Shown: positions 42,380-54,469 of the stretch, piece by piece
Layout: each line of letters starts with the position of its first letter
How positions within the stretch are numbered: the first letter of the stretch is position 1
Origin: the human T2T-CHM13v2.0 reference genome, Homo sapiens
Length of the DNA: 64,000 nt
Assembly (NCBI RefSeq): GCF_009914755.1
Contig: NC_060925.1
Direction: 5' to 3' (one strand)
Notes under the pieces: model-generated
Told to the model about the DNA's origin: nothing
Databases searched by the model: none
What the model saw: the letters and a program-made list of their open reading frames with translations, nothing else
Translations under genes and position numbers: made by a program

Positions 42380-42498
42380 TGGAATTGAGTCTAGACTCTT
42401 TTCCAACCTACAATATCCTGTTGCAGTGATCCCTAAACTTATCACCATGGCTCCCCTTAAATAAAGTCTGCCTTATCATATTTAAAAAAAGAAGAGAA
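42380..42498 (+). mobile_element. MER31-type LTR R-region fragment with A-rich tail, inside an old L1M 3' relic
   Basis: ggaattgagtc...gttgcagtgatccctaaacttatcaccatgg...aataaagtctgccttatc, then an A-run. Flanks attttaact / attataact. Confidence 0.55.
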
Positions 42499-42789
42499 AT
42501 TATAACTACATAAAAATAGAAATATAATAAACAGACAACAAAATGATAACGGTTGTTCTCTTGGACTTATATATGGGCATTAACACTATTTTTTATTTTC
42601 TATTCTTTTTAAAGTGGCCAAAGTGCTTTCAATTTTAAAACATTATTTAAATAAACAGCACACACCAAGTCATAGACATACAGAGCAATTATTTCTAAAA
42701 TTGTTCAACAGTGGATTATTTCTCCATCAGTTCACCCTTTCTCCTTTTACATACAACTAGACAGTGATTATCATATTTTAATATATTTG

Positions 42790-42935
42790 TTTTTGTGTCT
42801 AGTTCATTTGCCAGCCTCCTGACTAATTAAAAACTGGGATTGTGTCTTATCCATCTTTATATGTTCAGCGCTTAGCACAGCGGCCTACATTTACTAAGAT
42901 TTCAGTGTACTTTGGTTTAATAAATGGATGAATCA
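42790..42935 (+). mobile_element. L2 3' end
   Basis: gggattgtgtcttatccatctttatatgttcagcgcttagcacagcggcct...aataaatggatgaat. Confidence 0.72.
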
Positions 42936-43074
42936 CTATATCTTAATACCATTTATTTCTCTAGTGTGGATACAAGGGCTTGGCGATAAAAATTAAGTTT
43001 TATTTGTAGCGGGGAATTAAGTTTACTGATTATTTGTAGAGGAAAATTAAGTTTACAAAATAACAGGTTTAAGC

Positions 43075-43785
43075 AATGACCATCAGTAGTGAAAAACACA
43101 AGAAAAGGCAAGGAAAGCAGACCTTATTTGCCTCTTGATGGAAATATACAACATCCTTAATGAAGCATTATTGCCTAAAGTTGAACCTGAAATAGAACAC
43201 ATCTCAAGATTCAACTAGTAGAAATATAAAAGATAGAAGAACATTAAACAACATCATAGAGATTCAATCATCAAAGTCCAGAACATGAGAACTCTAGGGG
43301 AGAAATGACCCAGTTTTGTCAACAAATAAATTGCAAAATAAAAAAAAAGAGAGAATGGAAACATATAGATTAAAAGAGGCCTATGAGGCAAATCAATCAA
43401 ATGCAGACTGTAGCTGGTTTGAATCCTTATTCAAACAAACAAACAAACAAACAAACAAACAATATGAAAAAGGGACTTTTGAACTCTGACTGGTGTTTTG
43501 ATTGTATTATAAAGTTAATGTTAATTTTAACTGTGATAATTATATTATGGTCATTTTATTGGTGTGTTTGTGTCTTTTCGAGATGAATACAGGCATATTT
43601 ATGGATGGTAATGAAATCTGGGTCTGTGAGAGAAGAAGGAGGGGTATAAATGAAAATGAAACCAGATTACTCATAAGTCCATAATTGCTAAACTCAGATG
43701 ATGGATATGCGGTGATTTATTATACTACACTATACATTTATATATGTTTGAATTTTTTGTAATTCAAAAAATTCCTTAAAAAATA
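43075..43785 (+). mobile_element. Ancient L1M (L1ME3/L1MC4-like) 3' UTR
   Basis: aaatgacccagttttgtcaacaaataaattgc...tatagattaaaagaggcct...tttgaatccttattcaaacaaac. Confidence 0.7.
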
Positions 43786-43956
43786 GGTTCAAAATAATTC
43801 AAAGCAAAACAAAACAAAGAAACTGGCTTAGCAAGGAGTCCCTGTTTTATTTATTCAATCAATTGCTTTCTAATAACCTGGCCAGTAAAGCACTTCTTTT
43901 GTTTTGTCTGTGATAGATCAATACATTTCCATCTTATGACTATAATTTTTTTAATG

Positions 43957-45454
43957 TTTATTTTCCTTTCAATAGTTTTCGGGGTATAGGTGGTTTTGGT
44001 TATACGGATAAGTTCTTTAGGGGTGATTTTTGAGATTTAATGCACCTGTCACTGGAGCAGTAGTGTACACTGTATTCAATTTTTATATATATATATATAT
44101 ACACGATATATATTAGTATATATACAATATATATTACTATATATACAATATACATATTACTATATATACCATATATTACTATATATATCTACTATATATA
44201 TTACTATATATACAAAATATATATTACTATATATACAATATACATATTACTATATATACCATATATTACTATATATATCTACTATATATATTACTATATA
44301 TACAAAATATATATTACTATATATACTATATATTACTGTATATACAATATATATTACTATATATATACTATATATTACTATATATACACCATATATATTA
44401 CTATATATACACACTATATATATTACTATATATACACAATATATATATTACTATATATACACAATATATATAACTATATATACAATATATATTACTATAT
44501 ATACTATATATATTACTATACATACTATATATTACTCTATATATACAATATATATATTACAATATATACTACATATTACTACATATACTTTATATATTAC
44601 TATATATACTATATATTACTGTATATACAATATATATTACTAAATATACACAATATATATTGCTATATATACACAATATATATATTACTATATATACACA
44701 TTATATATGACTATATATACACACTATATATATTACTATATATACACAATATATAACTATATATACACAGTATACATATTACTATATATACACAATATAT
44801 ATATTACTATATATACACTATATATTACTATATATACACAATATATATTACTCTATATATACACTATATATATTACTATATATACAGAATATATATAACT
44901 ATATATACACTATATATATTACTATATATACTATATATTACTATATGTACTATATATATTACTATATATACTATATATTACTATATATATACAATATATA
45001 TTACTATATATACTATATATTATATATATATATACACACACACACATTTTTATCCCACACCTCCCTTCCAACCTTTCCCCCATGTCCACAAAGTCCATTG
45101 TATCATTCTTATGACTTTGCATCCTCATAGCTTAGCTCCCACTTATAAGTAAGAACATATGATATTTAGTATTCCATTCCTGAGTTACCTTACTTAGAAT
45201 TATGGCCTCCAACTCTATCCAAGTTGTTGCAAAAGGCATTACTGTGTTTCTTTTTATGGATGAGTAGTATTCCATGGTGTGTATATGCCACATTTTCTTT
45301 ATCTACTCGTTGGCTGATGGGCACTTAGGTTGGTTCCATATCTTTGCAATTGCAAATTGTGCTGCTGTAAACATGCATATGCATATGCATATGTCTTTTT
45401 CATATAATGACTTACTTTCCTTTGGATAGATACCCAGTAGTGGGATTGCTGGAT
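43957..45454 (-). mobile_element. L1PB1-like 3' end split by a minisatellite (L1 parts 43957-44080 and 45047-45454)
   Basis: caatagttttcggggtataggtgg...gtgtacactgtattcaat | ttttatccc...aaagtccattgtatcattcttatg...catagcttagctcccacttat are contiguous L1PB 3' UTR pieces. Confidence 0.9.
44081..45046. repeat. AT-rich minisatellite, core tatatattactatata(tac[ac])
   Basis: About 960 bp of 18-24-bp variant units; only about 9 G on the + strand. Confidence 0.97.
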
Positions 45455-45880
45455 ATGATTTTTTTTTCAATGATTTAGTACTCCTAGGATGAATACAGCA
45501 TATAAAGGCAAATGTAGGCAAATGAATGGATAACTGTTAAAGAACCACTAGTCTTAATTTCACAAATCTCTTTTCTTGGGAGAGAACTAACATTTTGATT
45601 TCTTTGGTATTCAATTATTTGTTGTTCATCTGACTCTCTTAGGAATTCAAAAGACTGCCCAAAGTCTTCCTGCAGCAAAGCTATGTCTGGGGCCCTATGT
45701 AGAGTTAATTAGGTAAGCCAAATAGAACACAGAGATTAGCATAAAGTATAGTTAACCATGTCTACCACAGGGTAATTGTGTTTTCTTACCACTTATGAAG
45801 AAATGATTATGTAGTAAATTAATGTTCCAATTTTACTATTATTTATAAAGAGCCACTATGTAAAAGACATTAAAAACTTC

Positions 45881-46248
45881 TGTAATGGTTGATCGTTACA
45901 TGTCAACTTGGCTCCACCATGGTCCCCAAATACTGCAGTCAAACATTATTCTGGATGTATTTGTAAGGGTGTTTTTTGATGAGATTGACATTGCAATCTG
46001 TGAATTTTGAATAAGGCAGATTTTACCTCCATAGTATGAGTGGACCTCATTCAATCAGTTGAAGACCTAAATAGAACAAAAAATTGAGCTCCACCAAGCA
46101 TGAGTAAATTCTGTTACAGGAAGCCTTTGATCTTGAATGGTAACATGGGCTTTTTTCCTGGAATTTCAGTCTGCCAGCCTACTCTGCAGATTTTTGGACT
46201 TGCCAGGCTCCATAGTCTTGTGAGGCAATTCCATAAAATAACTCTTTT

Positions 46249-46282
<34 letters not shown>

Positions 46283-46339
46283 CTCTCTCTCTCTCTCTCT
46301 CTCTCTAAAGGTTAGGTTTCTCTGGAGAACCCTAATACA
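45881..46339 (+). mobile_element. MLT2D-like ERVL solo LTR with internal (CA)n(CT)n at 46252-46306
   Basis: Starts tgtaatggttgatcgttacatgtcaacttggc and ends gtttctctggagaaccctaataca. Confidence 0.87.
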
Positions 46340-47125
46340 GCCTCAGACAAAAGTTTAGATATAATAAAAGTTTCAGTTTAGCACTAAACAGAATACCTAT
46401 TCACAATAGAATTTAGTAAGAATATTAGTGGTAGTCTGTAGCAGCTACATATAACGGAGGTCCTACCTTCCCTTTAAATAGCCTTACTTCTCAAACTCAT
46501 CTGAAATGTTGTAGTGTCTTTTGGCTATGTAGTGTATAGATTTTCTCGTTCAATTATTTTTCTGAATTATCCTCTTTTAGAAGCAAATACCAACTTTTTC
46601 TCATTATAAATTGTTACATATTTAAATTTTTATTTACTCTTAAAATACGCAATATTAAAGATTGCAGCAGGTAAGACACAAAGATAGCTCACAAATGTAT
46701 ACTTTTTAATCGGTTACAGTTTTGGAGTTGTTCTATGCAATTTATTTAGGGAATATAAAGGCTATTTTAGTCAGTTTGGGCTGCTATCACAAAATGCCAT
46801 TCACTGAGTGTCTTAAATAACTAATATTTATTTCTCACAGTTCTGGAGCTTGGGGATTCCAAGATCAAGGTGCTGACAGATTGGGTGTCAGTGAGGGTTC
46901 TCTTTCTGGTTTGTAAATGGCCTTCTTGTTAAGTCCTCACATGGCTCCTTGGTGTTTTAACAGAGGAAAAGAGAGAGAGAGAGGCAGACAGACATACAGA
47001 GAGAGGTAACGAGAGGGAGAGAGAAGGAGAGTTCTCCTGTTTCTTCCTCTTTTTATAAGGGCATTGATACTATCACGAGGACTCCACACTCATACCTAAT
47101 CTAGTTACCTCCCAAAAGCTTATGT

Positions 47126-47545
47126 GCTCTTGTTGCCGGGGCTGGAGTGCAATGACGCTATGTTGGCTCACCGCGACCTCCGCCTCCCGGGTTCAAGCGA
47201 TTCTCCTGCCTCACCCTTCCCAGTAGCTGGGATTAAAGGCATACGCCATCACGCTTGGCTAATATTATTATTTTTTTATTTTTTATTTTATTTTATTATT
47301 ATTATACTTTAAGTTTTAGGGTACATGTGCACAGTGTGCAGGTTAGTTACATATGTATACATGTGCCATGCTGGTGTGCTGCACCCATTAACTAGTCATT
47401 TAGCATTAGGTATACTAATATTGTATTTTAATGGAGACGGGGTTCTCCATGTTGGTGAGGCTGGTCTCAAACTCCCGACCTCAGGTGATCCGCCCACCTC
47501 GGCCTCCCAAAGTGCTGGGATTACAGGCATGAGCCAGCGCCTGGC
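47126..47545 (-). mobile_element. AluSp lacking its 3' end and poly-A, interrupted by L1
   Basis: Sp diagnostics gctcttgttgcc, gtgcaatg, ttctccatgttggt, actcccgacctcaggtg. Confidence 0.93.
47267..47414 (-). mobile_element. Young L1 (L1PA2/3-like) extreme 3' end, 148 bp
   Basis: ttattatactttaagttttagggtacatgtgcac...gctgcacccattaactagtcatttagcattaggtata. TSD ctaatatt at 47259-47266 and 47415-47422. Confidence 0.95.
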
Positions 47546-48379
47546 AGAATACTTAATTTTTAAACATTTTATGAGTGCTTCAATGTATAAAATTTGGAGA
47601 GACAACAAACATCCAGTCCATAGCAAAGGCAAACAAAAATTATAGACAACCAAGATAGATCAATGACTCAACTTCATCTTTTATGTATACATTCATCATC
47701 CTAATTCCTTTTCTCATAAAACAAAAGTATTATATCATTTATTTTCTGATGTTCACACTCACTCTGGATTTTTGTTGCTGTTAATGTGGTCTGACTTCAC
47801 TGGTATATCCCCATATGGAAGACAGTTCCTCCTATTATTTAAACCAAAGAAAAGAAAACAGAACAAAACAAAGTACAAAGAATGTGAAAAAGTTTTCCTG
47901 AGTATAATTGTTTATTAAGATTTGACAAACGAGGATGAAGAGGAGAAAAAAAAATGTTTTTCCATAGGCCAGGGCAAAATTCTATTTATATTTCAAGCAG
48001 GACATTACCCTACAATGAATTTACTACCGCTTCAATATCTCACCTCTAACTCATTTTGCCAAATCATCTATGTTGTTTTCTGTCCATCTTTTTTATCTCT
48101 TCCCTTTTCTTATAAGAAAAGCACTGTCCTCATGTTGTGCTGCCTGGGCTCTTCTCAGCACCCCGATCTTAGGGTCTTTGAGCTTATTCAATTATTTCTC
48201 GCTAAAAATGAGTTGCTGTTACAAGCAGAAATGTGGTGCAAACTGTTAAATGTAAAATCAAATAGAATTAACTAAATTAGAAATAATGTAGTCAATTAAA
48301 AATAAATAATTATAATTTAATTAATTAGAACTAATTATGTAGAAATAGATATAATATATTAATAATCATAATAAAGTAT

Positions 48380-48885
48380 AGACAACTTATTTTTTAAGTT
48401 AATATAAATGAATTTTTAAAATCCTATTATACGCTCTTTATAAGAGATACAAGTAAAGTATAAATACAAAGAAAAATTTTAGAAAGTTGTATAAAAGTTA
48501 TATCAGTGCAATATTAAACAAAAAAGATGTTGGTTTATCAGTATCAGATATTTAGAATATAAGGCAAAAAAAAATCCTAAGGAAAAGTAAGGTCACTGAA
48601 CAATGACTTCAAATATATTGTAGAAAAAAAGAAACAGAGAATTTGATGAATATACCATTGAAGTGCACACAATTAAAAGCATTTTTGTAATTAATAGATC
48701 AAGTAGTCAAATTTAATAGAGATAAAGATTTAAACAAAGCAACCAATAAACAAAATCTAGCAGATATACATAGAGAACTCTGCACTGAAGATTTTAATAG
48801 TATATGTTTTCTCAGATGTACACATAAAACATTGATTAAAATTTACTAAATTCCCAGTCTCAAATTATTGGTATTAGACCATGAG
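48380..48885 (+). mobile_element. Ancient L1M ORF2 (endonuclease region) relic
   Basis: aatcctattatacgctctttataagagatac...atctagcagatatacatagagaactctgcac. Confidence 0.55.
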
Positions 48886-49329
48886 TTATCATGTCCTATG
48901 GGTCTGGGAAGACCCTATAGTGTCAGAAATGAGAAAGATGTTTTAAATAATGCACTTGGAAATAGAATAAATGGGTAAATGAAGCTTACTACCTTCAATC
49001 AGTATTTTACTTACTGATATATTTTCACTTCATCCCTTTATGCTGCCCTTTGCACGTGGTGGTATGAATATTCGACTTTAGTCCTCTAAGGTTTAGATCA
49101 CTATACTAGTATCAGGTAATTATACATAGTTTCATTAGAAAGTACTCAGGGTAAAATGTTTCATTTTGATGCAAAAATTCATTTTGTTTAGTCGCTCCGT
49201 TAGTACTTGGGATTGATCAGAAGGAAAACATATAGCATGGGTTGGTTGAGGCTAATAAGTTTACCTCTGTTTTATGTTTCGATCTTTCACTCTACTACAG
49301 GTTACTACCTCTATTTCCTAAATTTAAAC

Positions 49330-50135
49330 TGCGCAAAAGATATTTATCTTCCCCCCACAAACTTGTTCATCCTCTTCTTTTTGGTCCCCCTCTGTCAGTG
49401 AGTGGAATTGCATATACCCAGAAAAATGCATTCTGAGTCAGAAACTGCAGACAGACTCTATCCTCCCTTTCAATCTTCACCACCAATCTTTACTGTTTGG
49501 ACTTAATCTCTCATCATTTCTCATCTTGGTTTTGCATCAGCAGGCTAACAATTCTTCTTGCTTCTAGTATTGTTCTCTTCTAATCCTTTATGGTACAACC
49601 AAAAGAGTCTTTCAGAAACACAAATCAAATTATAGCACGTTCTTATTTTATTGATTCCCATTGCCTATGAGATATATTCTAAACTTATTTGTGCAGCATA
49701 TAAGGTCTTTCAAGAGCTTGCCCTTTCTCAGTTTTCTATCCTCAAATCTTCCCTTTTCTCTCATACTCATCAAGTCACCCTATCAAACTATGCCTTTCTT
49801 TGTAACTTCCACGATGCAAAATGCCTTCTCTTGACTCCTTCTTGCTCAGAGAGCTCCCTATGCTTAGAAAATTTTTATTCTTTTTTTTTCCCATTCAACT
49901 TCACTAATTTCTACATCATGACTCAGCTCAACATCATCTCCATGAAGGAATGTGTTTGCAATTACTACTAGTTCATGTGCTTTGCCATGTGACTATAATT
50001 CCATTGTAATTATCATCCCTGCATAGACTATTTTCCCAGGCATATGACAACATTTAGATTGCAAGCTGTTTGAGAATAAAGAAAGAATTAGTCATTTGTG
50101 TATCCTTGGTGCCTATTATTGCTCAACATATATGA
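49330..50135 (+). mobile_element. L2 fragments
   Basis: ctctcatcatttctcatcttgg...ctttcagaaacacaaatcaaattat...tagattgcaagctgtttgagaa...tttgtgtatccttggtgcct. Confidence 0.65.
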
Positions 50136-50441
50136 CTCACACGTCTCATAGGAAATGTGTAGCTGAAGTAGAACCAAAAGGCATGAAGGGAGTATGGGAG
50201 TATGGGAAGGAATGCAGCAAGGAGGGAGGTAGTCCCTCTTTCTGTATTAGCTAAATGAAGTAATTTGGATATATTATACACCTAATAAAATTAGCCTGTT
50301 TATTTCTTTCATCTGAAAGTCTTATCTGTGCACCCCCAAATTTCCCAAAATGCTGCAATAAATGCTTTGGAAATGAACTTACTCCTCCAGTATACACAGC
50401 ATCCCTCTTTAGTAGTTATACATGCTTAAAATATTTATTTT

Positions 50442-50770
50442 GGCTGGACACAATGGCTCATTCCTCTAATCCTAACACTTTGGGAGGCCAAGGTGGTGAA
50501 AGGATTGCTTGGGTTCAGGAGTTTGAGGTCAGCCAGGGCAACACAGTGAGACCCCATCTTTACAAAAAATAAAAAATTAGCTGGGTGTGGTGGTTCAGGT
50601 CTGTAGTTCCAGCTACTTGGTAGACTGAGGTGGCAGGATTGCTTGAGCCCTGGGAGGTGGAGGCTGCACTCAGCTGTGACTGCACTACTGCACTCCAGCC
50701 TGGAAAACAGAGCGAGACTCTGTCTCAATGACAGCAACAACAACAACAACAACAACAACAACAAAAGAAA
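50442..50770 (+). mobile_element. AluJ with (CAA)n tail
   Basis: ggattgcttgagccc...ggaggtggaggctgca J-type features. Tail converted to a CAA repeat at about 50735-50763. Confidence 0.93.
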
Positions 50771-50879
50771 CATTTTTTAAAACTAATCTAAGAATAATAA
50801 TTAATGGCATTAATGGTATTCCTATTTCAAAGGCAAAGATCTAAGTTACACAGAAACTTTCCTTCGGTAGTAAAAATTA

Positions 50880-53310
50880 ATTATATTTTTCATACATTTT
50901 TCTCCTTTCCTACCATTGCTAATTCTGTTTCCTCCTGAAACAGAATTCTGTTTTAGAATTTATGCACTTCATTTTTAAAAACATTTATTTATTGTCTTCT
51001 CTTCATATTTTGACAGGTATATTTAACGTCATACATCTAAATTTAAAATATCTCCATTCTAAGTGGTCTTAGGATTCTGACCACCCTCTTTGCCTTAGGT
51101 ATTATTATTGTCAAGTATTTCAGTTTTAATGTTCTTTTCCTCTTACGTCTCAAACCACGAGTTCTTATTTTTGTACAGAGTAAATTTTATTTTACATTTA
51201 CCAAACTTCATATCAACTCTTACTGACATTTCTTCTTGCATTTTAAATTTTCCAGCTGGGACCATAGTCTCTCTTCTGAGGTATATTATTTAGATATTTC
51301 CTAATTGAGGATCTGTTATGGTAAACATTTAGTTTGTTCAGCTCTGAAAATGATTGATTTTTTTCCTATATTTCAGTATAGTAAAGTAACTGCCTAAGGG
51401 GTTCTTCCTGACTTGTAATAAGGAGAGTTTAGTAGATACGAGGCCTGCAACACCACATGGGAGATGGAGTTTACTCAAATCATCTCCTCTGAAGCTCATA
51501 GGTTAGGGGTTTTTCAAAGGCAGCTTTGGGGGAAGAGGCGGGGGTGACTAGGTAACAGGCGCTTGCCGCTGATTGGTTGGGGTGGAGATGACATCATAAA
51601 CAGTCAAAGCTGCCCTTTTGCAGGCTGAATCGCTTCTGGGTGGGGCCACAGGAGCAGGGTTGATGATGCAGGTGAGCCATGGGTGTCAGACATGCAAGAA
51701 CCCTAGAAAGATATCTCAAAAGGCCAATCTACAATAGTGGTATTTGCAGGATTAATTGGGGACCTTGCCTTAGTAGGACTCAGGCTCTTCTCCTTCTCCT
51801 CAGCATGATGGCCTGCCATTAATTTTACAAAAGCAGATGAGTTTTGGGTAGGGCCTATTATCATTTAAATGATAGCCTCCATGTCTTCCAAAATGAGCTT
51901 GGAAGAATAATTAATTATTAACATAATAATAATTATCAGTACAGAATATATTAATTATATTAACCAATATTACATTTTACTATATTAATATATTATAATA
52001 ATGTATAACTTTTAGTATAATTATTCCTTTGAATAAGTATTAAGTATTCATATAATTAATTATTAATATAATTAACAATTATAACTATATGGTCTCAATT
52101 ATTTCTGGCCCCAACGCCCAGAAATAATTAAGGGAAAGGCACGATGGGCTGTAAGTTAGCTTAGCTTACTGTGAGAATTTTTCTTACTGATAATTTTTGC
52201 AAAGGTGGTTTCAATTATTTAACTGAATATTAAGTTCTAAGTTAAGTTTTTTTTTTTCTCAGCCTTTACAAAAAAGGTCATTCTGCTACATTCTGGTTTC
52301 CATTGTTAGTATTGAGAAATTATTCCTCCATTCTAATTAACTTTTGTTTTTAGATGTCTCATTTTATTTCTTTTTTCTTTAAAGATCATCTCTTTGGTGT
52401 TCTTCAGAATCATGAAGAACAATTTCTTTTTTAGCTATCTGGCTTTGAATTTGTCAGGCTTCTTAAATCTGAGGAGTCATGTTTTTTGTCATGTCTGGAA
52501 TATTCTCATTTTTATTTTGACTGTAGCTTTTCTTCCATTTTTTTCCCCCTTTTATCCTGAAACAGAAGTTAGACTTATGTTGGACCTCCTCAGTCTGTGC
52601 TTCATGTACCTTATTTTGTATTTTTTATCTCATTGTTTCTCTGTGTCAGCCTGGGTAGTTTGATTTGTTATTAACCTCACTAGTTCTTTCCCAAGGTATC
52701 TGAATTAAACCTGCAATACAATATGTCATGGAGATTTTAATTTCACTGATTATATATGACTATTTTTACAAATTATATCTGATTAACTTATATATATTAT
52801 TCTTTTTGGTGTTCCTACCTTTTTGGTAAGCAAATAAAGCTTATTGTATATCATTTAACTGTCATTCAATACTGCATTATCTTTGTGGGTATAACTTTAC
52901 TCTTTTTTTCTGCTTACTCTTTTTTTTTGTACATTGTTTCTGTAATTTTGGATGATGAGCTCTAACTATGGGATTGCCTCATCCAGACAATACTTGCTTT
53001 TACTACTATTAAATTCTGGTAATACTTTTGAGTTCATATCTTTTGGCTGAGTGTTTTAGATCTCATAGTTTCAGTCTTTCATTTGGATATGGCTCTTTTT
53101 TTCAAACTGTATATGTGTAATCATCTTCCACATCTTCCAAAGTAAGCTTACTACTCCGATTTCAATTTCTTTAATTTGGGTGGAATTTTTCTTAACTTAT
53201 TACAATTAGTTATATATTTGAAAAGTTAGTTTTTTATATTGTATCCAAAATTTAAAAGTGTTTTGTTAAAAATTTGTTTTGTTAATATCTGTTCTGTTGT
53301 TTTATTTTTT
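50880..53310 (-). mobile_element. Very old L1M/HAL1-like relic, split by an LTR
   Basis: T-rich degenerate LINE: ctgaatattaagttctaagtt...cattctgctacattctggtttccattgttagtattgagaa; gacttatgttggacctcctcagtctgtgcttcatgt. Confidence 0.5.
51385..52213 (-). mobile_element. LTR8-family ERV1 solo LTR with AT-rich insertion
   Basis: Right end taatttttgcaaaggtggtttca is the reverse of TGAAACCGCCTTTGCAAAA. Left end gtaactgcctaaggggttcttcctg; internal ttactcaaatca. Confidence 0.8.
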
Positions 53311-53474
53311 CATTCTTTCAATGAAACTATATTAAGTACTAACTATGTACCAGGCATTCTGATAGGTATAGGGAGTTGGGATAAATAAAGAAATAAATTA
53401 TTACTGAATGACATAATATATGCTGTACTGAAATCTGAATAAGAATTTATGGACACACATGAGATGCTGAATCA

Positions 53475-53800
<326 letters not shown>

Positions 53801-53841
53801 AAATTATTAGCCACTTCTAGGAAAATAAATTTTTTTTTAAA

Positions 53842-53925
53842 TGTGTATGTATATATGTGTATACATACATGTGTATGTATATATGTATATGTATATATGT
53901 ATACATACACTTGTATGTAGATATA
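53842..53925. repeat. (TATG)n-type microsatellite
   Basis: Seen directly. Confidence 0.9.
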
Positions 53926-54469
53926 GCGAGAGCATATTTACTTTGGAAAATGTACTTTTATCATTTTCCAAATGATAAAATGGATAGAATCATAAGACAG
54001 GCATTCTTTCAAATATGTGATCAAGATATCAGGATGAATTTTGTAAGTGAAGATAAAAGGGAGTATATTTCAGCTGAATAAATGGTAGAAACAATGTCAC
54101 TGAAATTTAAAAATATAAATATTGCCATGAATTACAAATATTTAATTGTTCTAATTGGCTAGTGAATTGGGTATGTAAAAGAGAGAAGTAAAAAAATAAT
54201 ATTGAAAAAGAATCATGAGAAGAAAAGCTAACACTAGAACTAAGAAATTTGAATTTTATTTTATTAGTGAGAGACAGTAAGTGAAGTGAGTGGGTAGTGG
54301 TATTTGACATTATTTGAGAAAGAAATTACATGAGGAATGCTCTTCTAAATTTGGAAATAATTTTTACAAAATGAAAGGTGGGTAGAGATATGATGTGGGC
54401 AAAATAGTTCCTCAATCGTATCATTCTAAAAGTATCTTATAACTACAGGATTATTACTGTATGAAGATA

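Larger units (their letters stand above)
46763..47625 (-). mobile_element. MLT1A-type MaLR solo LTR, split by an Alu (parts 46763-47119 and about 47573-47625)
   Basis: tattttagtcagtttgggctgctat...acctcccaaaagc, resuming gcttcaatgtataaaatttggagagacaacaaacatccagtccatagca. Perfect TSD aaggc at 46758-46762 and 47626-47630. Confidence 0.9.

Noticed and set aside
44081-45046. CRISPR-like array or Y/I/T-rich coding repeat (ORFs 44707, 44931, 44945)
   Set aside because: Low-complexity TA minisatellite; the segments between repeats are variants of the same unit.
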